A stretch of DNA of 64,000 nucleotides from the human T2T-CHM13v2.0 reference genome, Homo sapiens, in the NCBI RefSeq assembly GCF_009914755.1, contig NC_060925.1; one strand, written 5' to 3'. How positions within the stretch are numbered: position 1 is the first letter of the stretch; each line of letters begins with the position of its first letter. Positions 34,026 to 51,315 of this stretch are shown here, piece by piece. The notes under the pieces are model-generated. The model saw only the letters and a list, made by a program, of their open reading frames with translations. It made no database searches and was not told where the DNA came from. The position numbers and the translations under genes were made by a program.

Positions 34026-35509
34026 TCTAGTTTTATTTTAGGTGACTTGGTTTTATGCCTGTGAACACTAAATAAATTCAAATAAGTAAATTTACACAGT
34101 GAAACTTAATGGCTCAGACATTTCATTGTAAAATATCAGAACATTGTGTTTACTAAATGACAGTCAATATTTAACGCTTTATTTTGAATTTTTTTAGAGC
34201 AGTTTTAGGTTCATAGCAAAATTGAGAGGAAGGTATGGGAATTTCTCATATATCCCCTGCCCACATACTTGCATAGCATTTTCCATTATCAACATCTTCC
34301 ACCTGAGTGGTACATTTGCTGTATTTCATGAGCCTACATTAATACATCATAATCCATCCAAAGTCCATAGTTTACAATAGGGCTCACTCTTGGTTTCAGG
34401 CATCTTATGAGTTTGGACAAATGTATAGTGATATATATCCACCATTATAGTATCATGTGGAGTTGTTTCACTGCCTTAAAAATCTCCTGTGCTCTGCCTA
34501 TTTATCACCCACCTTCTGAACTCCTGATGACCACTGATCTTTTTATAGTCTCCATAGTTAAGCCTTTTCCAGAATGTCATATAATTGGAATCACATAGTA
34601 TGTAGCCTTTTCAGATTAGTTTTCTTTCACTTAGCAATATACATTTAGGTTTCCTCTATCTTTTCATAGCTTCTAGCTCATTTCTTTTTAGAGCTGAATA
34701 ATACTTCATTCTGTAGATGTACCACAGTTTGTCCATTCACTTGCTGAAGGACATCTTGGGTGCTTCCAAAAATTGGCAGTTATGAGTAAAGTTGCCATAA
34801 ACGTTTGTGGGCAGGTGTTGGTGTGCACATACGTTTACGTTCGTGTGCAGGTGTATGTGTGGACATACGTTTTCAGCTCCTTTGGATAAATACCAAGGAG
34901 CATGCTGTATTGTGTATGTTTAGTTTTTATAAGAAATCACCATTTGTCCTTCAAAGTGACTGTACAATTTTGCATTCCCACCAGCAATGAATATAAGTTC
35001 CTGATGCTCCACATCCTTGCCAGTATTTGATGTTGTCAGTGTTCTCTATTTTGGCCATTCTAATAGATATGTAGTACATTTCCCTGATAACATAGGATGT
35101 GGATTATCTTTTCATATGCTCGTTTGCAATCTGTGTATCTTTGCTGAGGTGCCTGTTATGGCCTTTGGCTCATTTCTTAGATGTTTCTTATTGTAGTGTT
35201 TTAAGAGTTCTTTATTTATTTTAGATAACATTACTTTATCAGATGTGTCTTTTGAAAGTATTTCCCCTGTCTTGTCTTCTTGTTTTCTTGACATTGTCTT
35301 TTGCAGGGTGGAAGTTTTTAATTTTAATGAAGTCAGTCTTATCAATGATTTCTTTTATGGATCTTGCCTTGGTATTGTACTTAATAAATTATCACCATAC
35401 CCAAGGTCATCTGAGTTTTTTTCCTATGTTATCTTCTCAGAGGTTTATAGTTTTGTGTTTATATTTAGGTCTGTGATCTATTTTGAATTAATTTTTGTGA
35501 AGGGTGTAA

Positions 35510-36047
<538 letters not shown>

Positions 36048-36588
36048 CTTTATAGTAAGTCTTGAAGTTGGGTAGTGTCAGCTGTCTTGGGATTCTCCAC
36101 TTATCTTTCTGTTACTGATTTTAGTTTAATTCCATTGTGGTCTAAGAGTAGACACTGTATGATTTTTATTCTTTTAAATTTGTTAAAGTGTATTTTAAGG
36201 CCTCAAATATGGTCTGTCTTGGTAAATGTTCCATGTAAGCTTGAGAAGAACAACTTTGTTCTTCTCCCTTAATATGTGTTGGCTAGCCCGAGTCTTTGGC
36301 ATCTCTTATAAACTTTAGAATCAGTTTGTCAATACCCACAAAATAATTTGCTGAGATTTTGATAGGAATTGCATTGAATCTATAGAACAAGTTGGGAATA
36401 ATTGACATCTTGAAAATACTGAATCTTTCTATTTATTAATATGGAATAGCTCTTCATTTATTTAATTCTTTGATTTCTTTTACCAGAGTTTTATAATTTT
36501 CCTCATAGAAATCTTATACATATTTCATTCAATTTATACCTAAGTGTTTCATGTTTTGGAGTGCTAATGTAATGGTATTGTGTTTTAA

Positions 36589-37005
<417 letters not shown>

Positions 37006-37206
37006 TCCAGGAGGGTTTTTAAAATTTTATTTTCCATATAGATGATCTTGTTATCTACAAAGACCGTTTTATTTCTTTTCCAATCTTCATACTTTTCCTT
37101 TGCTTTTCCTTCCTTTTCTTGTCTTACTGCATTAGCTAGGACTTAAAGTATGGTGTTGAAACGAAGTGGTGAGAGAGGACATCCTTGTCTTGTTTTTGAT
37201 ATTCTA

Positions 37207-37307
37207 CAGGTTGAGTGTCTTTAATTTGAAAATCTGAAAATTGAAATGCTCCAAAATTTGAAACTTTTTGAGTGCCACATGATGCTCAAAGTATTTTGGA
37301 TTTCAGA
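37207..37307 (+). mobile_element. Tigger4 (Zombi)-like fragment
   Basis: ta-caggttgagt...gaaatgctccaaaatttgaaactttttgagtgcc...gctcaaag. Confidence 0.7.
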
Positions 37308-38138
37308 AATGCTGTAAAATTTCCTCTGAGAACTACTTTGTTGCACCTCACAGATTTTAATTAGTCTTGTTTTGATTTCATTGAATTCAGAATCTTTTAA
37401 AATTTCTCTTGAGATTTCTTCTTTGACCGATGTGTTATTTTGAACTTGTGTGTATTTTGGGATTTTCCAGTTATCTTTCTGTTACTGATTTTAGTTTAAT
37501 TCCATTGTGGTCTAAGAGTAGACACTGTTTGATTTTTATTCTTTTAAATTTGATAAAGTGTATTTTAAGGCCTCAAGTGTGGTCTGTCTTGGTAAATGTT
37601 TCATGTGAGCTTTAGAGGACTGTATATTCTGCTGTTGTTGAATGAAGTAGTCTATAAATGTCCGTTATATTCAGGTAATTGATGGTTTTGAGTTTAACTG
37701 TGTCCTTACTGATTTTCTGCCTGCTAGGTCTGTCTGTTTCTGATAGAGGGAATTGAAGTCTCCAGGTATCATACTAGATTCATCTGTTTCTCTTTATAGT
37801 TCTGTCAGTTTTTATCTCACATATTTCGATGCTCTGTTGTTAAGCACATACATGTTAGGGATTGGGAAACTATGTTGTCTTGGGGAAACTGACCTCTTTA
37901 TCGTTATGAAATACCCTTCTTTTTCCCTGATAATTTTTCTTGCTTTGAACTCTGGTCTGTCTGAAATTAATGTAACTACTCCTGTTTTCTTTTGATTTGT
38001 ATTAGTATGATATATTTTTCTCAATCCATTTACTTTTAATCCATATGGATCTTTATATTTAAAATGGATTTCTTGTAAACAACATATATTTGGATCTTGT
38101 TTTTTGATCCACTCTGACAGTCTCTGTCTTAATTTTTA

Positions 38139-38745
<607 letters not shown>

Positions 38746-38902
38746 AATAATTTTTAATTTAGACTATTGACATTCAAAGGGATTACTGGTATAGTTGGAT
38801 TAATATTTCCTATATTTGTTAACTGTTTCTGCTTTTTGTCTTTGTTCCTTGTTCCTATTTTTGTTTTCCATTCTTCTGCCTTTTGTGTTTTTTTTGTTTC
38901 TG

Positions 38903-39192
<290 letters not shown>

Positions 39193-41095
39193 CTTTTGTG
39201 GTTTTAATTGAGCATTTCATATAGTTTTTTTTTTCTCCTTCCTTAGTATTTATTAGTTACACCTATTTTTTAAACTTTTTAATTATTTGCCCTAAAGTTT
39301 TCACTATACATGTACAACAAATCTAAGTCCACTTTATTTCAAATAACACTATAATGATTCACAGGGAGTGTGAGTACAAAGTAATTTTAAATCTTCCATC
39401 TTATACCTTGTACTATTTCTGTTATTCATTTCACTTATTTATAAGCACTCATAAGCATATTTTTGTATATGTGCTAGATATAAGCATAGATGATCAAATA
39501 CATTGTTGCTGTTATTTTGAACAATAAAATAATTTGTTAGCTCAATTAAGAATAAGTAAAATGAAAGTTTGTGTTTTATCTTCACTTATTCCTCCTTCAG
39601 TGCTCCTTCTTTCTTTATGTAGATATATGTCTCTGACCTATGTTTATTTTCCTTTTCTTTAAAGAACTCCTTTTGTAATTTCTTGCAAAGTAGGTCTGCT
39701 GGCAACAAATTCCCTCAATGTTAATTTATCTGAGAAAAGTTTTATTTCTCCTTTAGTTTTGAAGGATAATTTTGCGGGGTACAGTATTCTAGGTTGGTTT
39801 TGCTTTGTTTTGTTTCCGTTACTGCTTTAAATATTTCACTCTTCTTGCTTACATGATTTCTGAGGAGATGTTGGATGTAATTCTTATCTTTGCTCCTCTA
39901 TAGATAATGTTTTTTCCTCCAGCTTCTTTCAGGATTTTTTCTTATCTTTGATTTTCTTTAGTTTGAAAAATGCTTGCCTAGCTGTAGTTCTTTTTGTATT
40001 TATCCTGATTATTGTTCTCTGAGCTTACTGGATCTATGGTTTGGTTTCTCACATTCATTTGGAGGAAATTATCAGTCATTATTATTTCAGATATTCTGTT
40101 CTTTTCTCCTTCTCCTCTGGTATTCACATTATACATGAGTTATGCCTTTTGTAGTTGTCCCACATTCCTTGGACATTATGTTTTGTTTTGCTTTTTTTCA
40201 GTCTTTGTTCTTTTTGCTTCTCAGTTTTGTACGTTTTTATTGATATATCCTCAAGGTCAGAGATTGTTTCCTCAATTGTGTCTAGTCTACTAATACGCCC
40301 ATCAGAGGCATTGTTCCTTTCTGTTACATTGTTTTTGATTGCTACCATTTCCTTTTTATTCTTAGGATTTCCGTCTCTCTGCTGACATTGCCCATCTCTT
40401 CTTACATGCTGTCTACTTTATCCATTGGAACTCTTAGCATGCTAATCATAGTTGTTTCGGATTCCTGGTCTTACAGTTCCAACAGTCCTGCTATGTTTGG
40501 TTCTGATGCTGGCTTTATCCCTTCAAATTGTATTTTTGCCTTTTAGTATGGCTTGTAATTTTTCTTAATAACTGGACATGAAGTACTTATTAAAAGTAAT
40601 GGTATAAATAGGTCCTTAGGAATTTACTGGTAAAGTGTAGGAGGAGAGGAAGTGTTCTACAGGCCTATGATTAGGTGTCTGTCACTTAAAGAGCCTATAC
40701 GTCTGAACTGTGGGCTTCACAAGGGATTATCAGCACCTCCTATTCCCAACTGAGGTGGAACAGGTTAGTAGATTAGGCTGGAGTTATGTATTTTCCTTCC
40801 CCAATGCGGAAGGCTGGAATTGGGTATTTCTGTTTGTCTAGGTCAGTTAGGCTCTAATAAAACCTCAGTGGGTAGGCTGTGGTGAAATAGCTTTTCTTAA
40901 GGGCAGATCTTGTTAAGAAAGTTAGAGTACTCTGGGATACCCAAAATGGTTTCTTTTTCCCTCCCTCTGCTGGATGTACAAGGTGATTTTAATCTGAAAT
41001 TTATTGTGAAAATCTGGTTGAGCTCTGAAGTTAAAATCAAATCACAAAAACACCCTCTGCACCATACCCCCACCGCATGACTGGGTTCCCTGGAG

Positions 41096-41398
41096 TTTTT
41101 TTCTTTTTTGAGACAGAGTCTTGCTCTGTCGCGTAGGCTGGGTGCAGTGACACGATCTTGGCTCACTGAAACCTCCACCTCTTGGGTTCAAGCAGTTCTC
41201 CTGTCGGGAGGCTGAGGCCTCCCGAGTAGCTGGGATTACAGGCGCATGCCACCATGGCCGGCTAATTTTTGTATTTTTAGTAGAGACGGGGTTTCGCCAT
41301 ATTGGTCAGGCTGGTCTCGAACCTCTGACATCAGGTGATCCACCCGCTTTGGCCTCCCAAAGTGCTGGGATTATAGACGTGAGCCACCGCGCCCGGCC
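41096..41398 (-). mobile_element. Alu (AluS) with internal micro-inversion
   Basis: TSD ttccctggagttttt. Confidence 0.94.
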
Positions 41399-41745
41399 TT
41401 CCCTGGAGTTTTTAACATTCAGACTTAACGCTTTCTGAACCTCCAACAATTCATCAATTATAGTTCAGGTTTTCCTACCCTAGCTCTGTTTCTCACAGAG
41501 GTTTCTGCTCATGAGTCTGTGCTCTGGTAAGCCAAGACTCCTTGTGTTTACCTGTTCATCTCTGCAATCTAGGGGGTAGCATTTTGTCCTGTGTCCTTAC
41601 CTCTCTGAAGGATCCAAGATCAGTTATTGATTTTACAGTTTGTTAACTTTTTATTTGTTGTTAGTATGGAGTGGCAACTGCTAAGCTTCTTACGTGTGGA
41701 ACTGGAAACTGGAAGCTTGTTTTTTTAATACATCAACTATTAAAT

Positions 41746-41966
41746 CAAGCTTGTCTAACACACGGCCCGTGGGCTGCATGAGGCCCAGGACAGCTTTGAA
41801 TGTGGCCCACATAAATTCATAAACTTTCTTAAAACATTATGAGATTTTTTTGCTATTTATTTTTAGCTCATCAGCTATTGTTAGTGTTAGTGTATTTTAT
41901 GTGTGGCCGGAGACAATTCTTCTTCTTCTACTGTGGCCAAGGGAAGCCATAAGATTGGACACCCCT
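41746..41966 (-). mobile_element. MER30 (hAT-Charlie)
   Basis: caagcttgtctaac...gctcatcagctattgttagtgttagtgtattttatgtgtggcc...gattggacacccct is the reverse complement of recalled MER30. Confidence 0.85.
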
Positions 41967-42092
41967 ATGTTAAATACTTTTTAACGTATAACCTCATTAG
42001 TGGTAAAAATTTTGTACCGCCAGGTGAGTGAAAGATGGCATATTTTCTTTTATGTCCAATTTGCTTATATTTCTTTTTTGCTTTCTCTTTAG

Positions 42093-42191
<99 letters not shown>

Positions 42192-43054
42192 TAGTTTAAA
42201 AAATCTGTAATTTAATGAGAGAAAAAAAATCAAGAAGGCAGAAATGAAGAAACTGTGAACAGTCATAGAATGGGCATTTATATTAGAATATCCTCCCTAT
42301 TTTGCTGAGGTTTATTGTATAATTTAGAGGTTCTTAGGTACATGTGGGTCTCTTAGATTACTTAGGGAAACAAGATTTTATTCAGCCTTGGGATCTAGAA
42401 AATTTAAATATACTTTATTTAAATGGTTAATAATTGGTACAAGTGACATTATTTCAATAACATTTTTTGGGGGAAAATGTGCCATAAATAAAGTATGAGT
42501 TAATGAGAAAATTACTTTTATGTGTTACCTTAATATATTATCTTAACATTCTAAAAAGTTACTTATTTTAATGTTAAGAATAGTGTGGGTAAAGCTGCCA
42601 ACTTTGGTCATTGTTTCGTTTTCTTAAAAATTTGAAATTTAGTCTTTTAGAAAATTTACATTTAAAACTTTTAAAGACAAAAACAGCCAAATGACTGCGG
42701 TGTGAATAGTTCTTGAGGTACTGAGAAAATTAAAATGGTTTCAATGAAGAAAAAAATTACCATAAGCTAATAAACTCCCTCACTAGAAGGCAAGAGATAT
42801 CTAAGAATTAAATAATTTTCTAACTCTCAAGTAACTTTAATTACTGTTTCAAATAGCATTCCATTTTATCCACAGAATGTTTCCTTTACAAGGATGGTTT
42901 CAGAGAAATTAAGATACTGAATGATAAAGCTATAAACAGCTGACTGATTGTAATAAAAAGAAAGTGTGTGATGTTCTTTACACTTGACATAACAGTTAAA
43001 TGAGAAACCTTCTGTTTTAGAAATATGACTAAATAGTTATTTTAAAATTTGTAA

Positions 43055-43567
<513 letters not shown>

Positions 43568-43605
43568 TAATTTTTTATGGTAGTAGCAACCGTGTATTGG
43601 TGATT

Positions 43606-44365
43606 GTATCAGTCGGGTTCTAGTCAAAGAAACCACACAGTAATTTCAATAGGGAAAGTGTAATAAAAAGAATTACTACCTATATCAGGAGATTGGAGTA
43701 GTAAAGGCTTGGCTGCTAAAAAGTAAAAAGGTCTCTATAAAATACAGAAATAACAGATACTATGAACCGCCACTAACCCTGGGACTGAGATAAACCACTG
43801 AAAAGAAGAGACCCCCCCGTGCTGAGTGCTGAGATTTAGACCTTATTGAAGAGGGTGTCATGGCTCACTGGATGGCAGGGAAGTCTCTGTGATGTCATGC
43901 TAGTGTAACTTGTTGCGAATTCCCCTCTGGAACTTGGTGGAACACCTCTCTCTAGAGCACTGAGAAATACTTTTTAAGGAGAGGTTTCTCATCAGAGGTA
44001 GTATGCTACAAAATGTCTAGGGACGTGGGGAAATGAGGCAGGAGAAGCTGTCGGGTGTTGAACTGTTCATTTAGTAGGTGGGCCCTGGTGAAACTGCAGG
44101 ACTCTGGTGCTATGGTGTTGGGGAAACTGCCCGTGCTGGAAGACCCTGGCACTGGAAAACCTGTGCATGGTTGCAGGAGCTCCCATTAGAGATAGGAAGC
44201 AAACTCCGTTTTCCTGCATTATTCTTTCAGTGCTTTTTACTGGCAAAGCTTAACATCATGCCAACTGGCAAAGGAAAAATATTTGAAGGACTCAGTTCCA
44301 TTGCATAATCTATAAAAGTGAAGGGTAAATTTGGAACTGAGAGGAAATAATTTGATAAGTGGCAC
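43606..44365. mobile_element. Probable ancient LTR remnant (family not assigned)
   Basis: Begins tgtatcagtcgggttctagtca, ends ...tggcaca; GC-richer than flanks. Confidence 0.4.
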
Positions 44366-45229
44366 AGTAGTCTTACCTTTATCTGCTTCTTGGTATTATT
44401 GCAATGTGAAATTTACTTCATTAATATTTAGGTCTTTGAATGAAGAAGAGTTCCATGAAAATTTTAAAATTATATTATGATTACTATAATGGCAAATATA
44501 GATTTATATGTTGGTTTTTTTTTACCATTCTGACCAAGTTATTTAAACTTTCCTTAGCCTTTTTCTTCATATATTAAGAAAGTCATTATGTCTAAAGTCC
44601 TTTCTAATATTAATATTTTATATTTGTTTCTAAAAATGTTTTAAAACATTTTTGTCTATTAATTTAGGTTATATAGTGATGTTTGAATGGGCCTGGCTGG
44701 CTGTTTGAAGCTGGATCTTACAGGTTATGACTTACTCTTTTAGGCTCATAGAATGTAATCTTCAGCCAAGTAGTTTAAGAAACTGGATTTTTATCAGTTT
44801 ACAAACAGTGGCTAGGTTCTAGTGAAATGCTTCATGATATACAATTCGATAAGCTGGGATAACATATGAGTTCTAATTAGGTTAGGATTATGTTCTGATT
44901 TTCATTGGCTTTTAGCTTCTGAGTTCATATATAGAGGAAGTATACAGCTGTTTTTATATCTGAAAACATGGTATTAGCAGTCCAAAGTGTAATTTAAAAT
45001 TTTCAGTTTTACAGAATAAATTGTTTATTTCTTGTTTTTCCACACTTAATAAGATATTTAAATAAGTGTGTATCATCTATCAGCTGAAAAAGAAGTTCAT
45101 ATTGAGGCTGTCTTTAATGGGTCGTAGTTTTATTTCATTAAGTTTTACTTAATTGTCCTGGCTTAGCAAAAAAAGCTTGATGTTTTCAAATCCTACTTCT
45201 CTTAGGTCAGTAATTACAAGGGTAACACT

Positions 45230-45541
45230 TTTCATTTTATTTTTTATTATTCTTTTTTGAGATAGAGTCTTGCTCTGTTGCCCAGGCTGGAGTGCAGTGG
45301 CACGATCTCGGCCCACTGCAAACTCTGCCTCCCAGATTCAAGAGTTTCTCCTGCCTCAGCCTTCCAAATAGCTGAGGCTACAAGTGTGTGCCACCACGCC
45401 CGGCTAGTTTTTGTATTTTTTGTAGAGTTGGGGTTTCACCATGTTGGCCAGGCTGGTCTCGAACTCCTGAGCTCAAATGATCCACCTGTCTCCACCTCCC
45501 AAAGTGCTGGGGATTACAGGCGTGAACCATTGCGCCTAGCC
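45230..45541 (-). mobile_element. Alu
   Basis: Alu reverse complement. Confidence 0.9.
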
Positions 45542-45832
45542 CCCTTTTCTTATAATAGAGAAGATTTCCTGAAATAATGTATATGTAGAAAGCTTTTTGA
45601 CGATCACTATTCAGAATTTTAACTCTTACATTATACAAAATAATCACTTGGGTACCAAAGGAATGATTGTTAAAAGACCTGTTTCTGTTTTATTTGCTTA
45701 TTTTTAAAGAAATGACGATCCCTTTGATGTATGATTTCCAATAGAATATGTATATTTGAAAAAATGATACTCTTTCTCATTTCCAGCTTGAGAAATGATT
45801 AGTCAGATTTTCTTTTTAAAGATTATAATCAT

Positions 45833-46100
45833 AGGCCAAGTGTGTGGCTCACGCTTATAATCCCAGCACTTTGGGAGGCCCGAGGTGGGAAGATCGCTTG
45901 AGGCCAGGAGTTAAAGACCAGCCTGGGAAATGTAGTGAGACTCTGTCTCTACAAAAAATTTAAAAGCTGGATGTGGTGGCACATGCCTGTAGTCCCAGTT
46001 ACTCGGGAGGGAGTGGCAGGAGGATCACTTGAGCCCAGGCGTTCCACCACTACACTCCAAGTCTGGATGACAGCAAGAGCTGATATCTTAAAAAAAAAAA
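45833..46100 (+). mobile_element. AluJ-like with right-arm deletion
   Basis: gatcgcttgaggccaggag and gatcacttgagcccagg diagnostics. Confidence 0.85.
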
Positions 46101-47325
46101 TTATTATCATAAGCCTTTATAGGGCTTTTTAAAATTTTAAAACACCAATGATTCATTATATAGGAAAAAAAGCTTTTTGACCATGAGTCAAATACTACCT
46201 GTTTTTATAGTTTGATTATTTTTAGATCCTATGATTTTGTGGGAACATTAATTTATTGAAAATAAGAGTTTTGAAACACTTAGTTTTTTAAAAAAATAGA
46301 TTTAAGAGACTGGAGATATTCCTTATTAATGCAATTATATTTTAATTATATATAGCATAGAGACTCCCCATCATATACTGGGGAGTCCCATTAGGGTACC
46401 CTATTATGGCATAGGTGAAAGAGAAGGAAGCCCAGAGATGGTCTTGCAATATCTTTTGTAAAATAAATTCCAAATATATACTGTATACATGATTTTTCTT
46501 GATTTGGCCTCAGCCAGCTACTTATAGTCCTCAGAGCTTAAAAAGTTTTCATTACTGTGTGCTTTTGCTTATACTCTTCTTTCTTTCTGAGATCACCTGC
46601 TTTCTCGGGTATCTCCCATCTACTTGGTAAATTTAAAATTCATTCTTCAAATCTCAGCTCTTTTTTGTGATATTTCTCTAACATTTCCTGGACACATGTA
46701 GCCACTCCTTCATCTGTGTTCCTGTCTTGTGGATAACTCTATTATTATATTGTATTATATTTGTTTGCATGTTGTGCTTAGATGGCAACTTCTTTGAGAT
46801 AATGACAATTTCTTTTTTCTTTTTGCATCCTCAACACTTAACATTATTTATTTACCTCTCATATAGTTGGAGCCCACTAAGTCTTAGTAAAACGAGTGTA
46901 TAAATCTGTATATTCGATACCTCAGACAGGGTTATGGGTCAGGTTTGAAAGGGGGTTGTTTTTACCAAGGGATTAAAAAACCATCCTCTACTATTTGGAT
47001 ACTTTTGGACTGAGCTTCAAGTTTTGGGAGTGTTGTACGTGACATGATTAAGAAGGAAAGAGATGCCAACTTTGGCCAGCTATTTAGTCAAAATAAACTG
47101 GTAATCAGCAGAATGACAGATGTTACAACTAGACCACCTTAACGTATAGTAATCATTGCAATTATCAATATGTTATTTTCATCTCAGATTAAGTTACTCT
47201 GGCAATTATACCTCTCTAGGGCATTATCCTTAGGGTGTTTTCAGAATAACTCATAATGCATTGATCCAAGGAAAGCACAACTAAGAAGATAAATCCATCA
47301 ATAAAAAGTTATTATTGTTATTGTA

Positions 47326-47719
<394 letters not shown>

Positions 47720-50293
47720 TAGATTTGGTTTCAACAATTAAAGAACAAATTCTAACCTTCATTGAAATTACCAACTATACATACATAACACGAATAATAA
47801 TTCTTTGAACAATTATTCATTAATAAATTAGAGAGTGGTACAAAATGAAGTTCAAATGATAGGAATCAGATAAGCTTATTAAGGAGTTTACATTTTAGTG
47901 TGATTTTTGTGGACAGTCACTGTAGGGTTTTAAACATGTACTGATATGATTTATATTTTTAAAAGATAGCTCTGGCTGCTTTTGGAGGGTAGAGTTTGAA
48001 CTAGATTGGAAGTAGGAGATAGGAGGCCATTGAAATAATCCAGGTAAGAGGGAAAGATGACTCAGGCACAGATAATGACATTGGAGTTGGTGAAAAGTAA
48101 TTTGGGATGTATTTTGGCATGGCTCTGCTGGTGGATTTGATACAGCAGATGAGGGAAAGAAAAATGAAAAAAGGTTCCTTAGTTTTTGACTTGATCAACT
48201 GTATGGGTGGATACTGATGCCATTGAGATGGAGAACACTGGAAGAGGGGAGTGTATTTTGAGAGGGGCATCTGAAATCTAGAGATTTGTTCAAAGGAACG
48301 GGCCCCCAATTTTTTACTCACTAAATTTTAATTAGTTTATTTAATAAGGGAATGCTTTTCAATTTATGAGTGACTGATGAAGCAGTGAGGCTCCTGCTTT
48401 TGTTACTGAAATTATAAATAAACCTCTTAAGTGGAGGTAAATCATAAATTTTTAAGAGTAATGTCTGCTGAATGTTACTAATGCACAGCCAAAGCCAATG
48501 GCCTAACAAACGAAGTAACTAATGGCTGTATGTAGTGTGTAGTTAGCTACTTGGTAAACCACCCTAAATCTCTGACAGCGTTAAAGAACATGATATTTAT
48601 CTTGTTTAAAGGCTTTACGTTAATTACTCTCTCTGTTTCATGACATTGACATGTCAGGCTAGTTATTTTACAGAATGTTGCTCCATTTGGATTTGTCTGA
48701 TTGTTTCTTCATGAGTAGATTCAGATTAAACATTTTTGGTGAGAATTCTCAGGTGATATTGTGGTACATGATGTTATATAATTTATTCCCTTATTGGAGA
48801 TGTTGTTTGATCCCTCTATTTTGGGTTACCCTTTGTAACTAACAAGCTGTCTGTGAAGTGGCATGTTGAGACTGAATATTCTTTCCTAACAGTCTTTCCC
48901 CCAGTGGTTTTTATATTAATTGATGACTTCTGTTTGAATCGGTTGTTGTAATGTCACAAAACAGTGATTTTTAAATTGTCATTTCTTCTACATTTATTAA
49001 TTTACATTCTTCAGTAAATAAGAGCATTTTCTCTGTCCCTAGCACCTTAAACATTTTTTTAATTCAGTGTTTTATAGTCAATCACTGATGTTATTCTTTT
49101 TGATACTCAAATTGTCCTAAATTTGTTCCATGGAGATTTCAAGCCAACTTAGTGTTGGTGTTTTGACATTTCTCTTTTTTCTTAGCACTTTAAAAAAGCA
49201 CAACAGATATTCCCCACTCACCTCTCTATTGTATATCTGTTATGGGGATATACTGTAGTTTATTCAACCAGTCTCCTGTGTTTTACTGTTATAAATAACT
49301 CAGTAAATAATCTTTGACATTTTTTTTGGTCTTATTGGAAGCATATCTTTGGGGTAAATTCCTAGAAATAGATTTGCCTAGTCAAAGAGTAAGCACATAC
49401 GTAGTTTTGTGAGATATTGCTAAATTCCCTTCCACTGGTATTACCGTTTAGCATTCCTACCAACAGTGTTTAAGAGTCTGTTTTCACATAAGCTTGTTTG
49501 TAGAGTCTGTTGTCAAGCTCTTGAATTTTTGCCAGTCTGTTAAGTGAGAATTGATATCTCAGCATAATTTCAATTTGCATTTCCCTTATGAATGATCCAA
49601 GTTGAGTATTTTTTACTATTTTTAAGGGCCATTTGTATATCTGCATGTATACTGTCTGTTCTGGTACCTTGCCCATTAAAAAAAAATCAGGTCTTGTCAG
49701 TTATTTTTCCTCTCAATTTTAAAACACTACTAGGAGAATTAGTCCTTTATCTGCAACAAATTATACAAATATTAAAATATCAATTTTAAACTTTATTACT
49801 GTCACAGTAATTCTGGTCTTTTAAATATTATTAATTGGATGTAGGGACTTCTGCTGTGTCTTATGTGTACCATTTCATTACTTTGATTTTATGAAAATAA
49901 TTAAAATTCAGTTTATTGTTTTGTCATCCTGAAAGGGAATAACTTAATCATTTAGCATACAGTAAATTTCAAAAGTCAGTCAAAGTAGTTCGTTGTTATT
50001 TATTGAGATTTTATGAGTGAGTCAGATAAACTAAATAAATGGAAATATGCATGTTTTATTTTCATGATACTGTTCCTGTTGATGGTACTCAATCTTATTC
50101 ACATCTCACAGGGAACAAAAGAAAATATATGGGATTCTGATTTTTTTAAATTATAATAGCTTGCAGTCTAGTGATAATCTTTCACTGAGATGAGAATGTT
50201 AATGAGAATGTATTACTGGCTATGATTATATTAAAAATGAATATTTCTAGGAAATAATAAGTTACCATTAACTGCTTTCTTTGTGTGTTTTAG

Positions 50294-50512
<219 letters not shown>

Positions 50513-50979
50513 TAAGTATGTATATTTTTGATTAAGTACATACATGTGTAGATGCATGTGTGTACATGTACAGATGTGTGTGTATGCACATTTGATGCAT
50601 ATAAATTATTGACAATATCTAGGTGTCAGCAGAGCATTTGAGAAAATGTATCTTGATAGGCTTCTGGATAAAGTTAAGAAATAAGATGCAAGTAATAGTA
50701 CTCTAAGATGGGTTTGTAATTGCTTGAGCAACCATGCTGTAAGCAAACAGACGTTTACCTTTAAAGATACCTCTGTTATTGTGCTGCATGACTGTACTAG
50801 GCTTTACCCTTTTAAACAATCGCTTGCTTGTGTAAAGTCATAGCCAACATGCTTATCAAATTTTTGTAGGATAGAAGGGACTCCAGTAGACAAAAGAATC
50901 AGATTCCTAAAGGATATTAATGAGCTTAAGACCTGAGCTGAATTAAATAAGGTGGAATAAATTTAAGACTCAATTTTAG

Positions 50980-51315
<336 letters not shown>

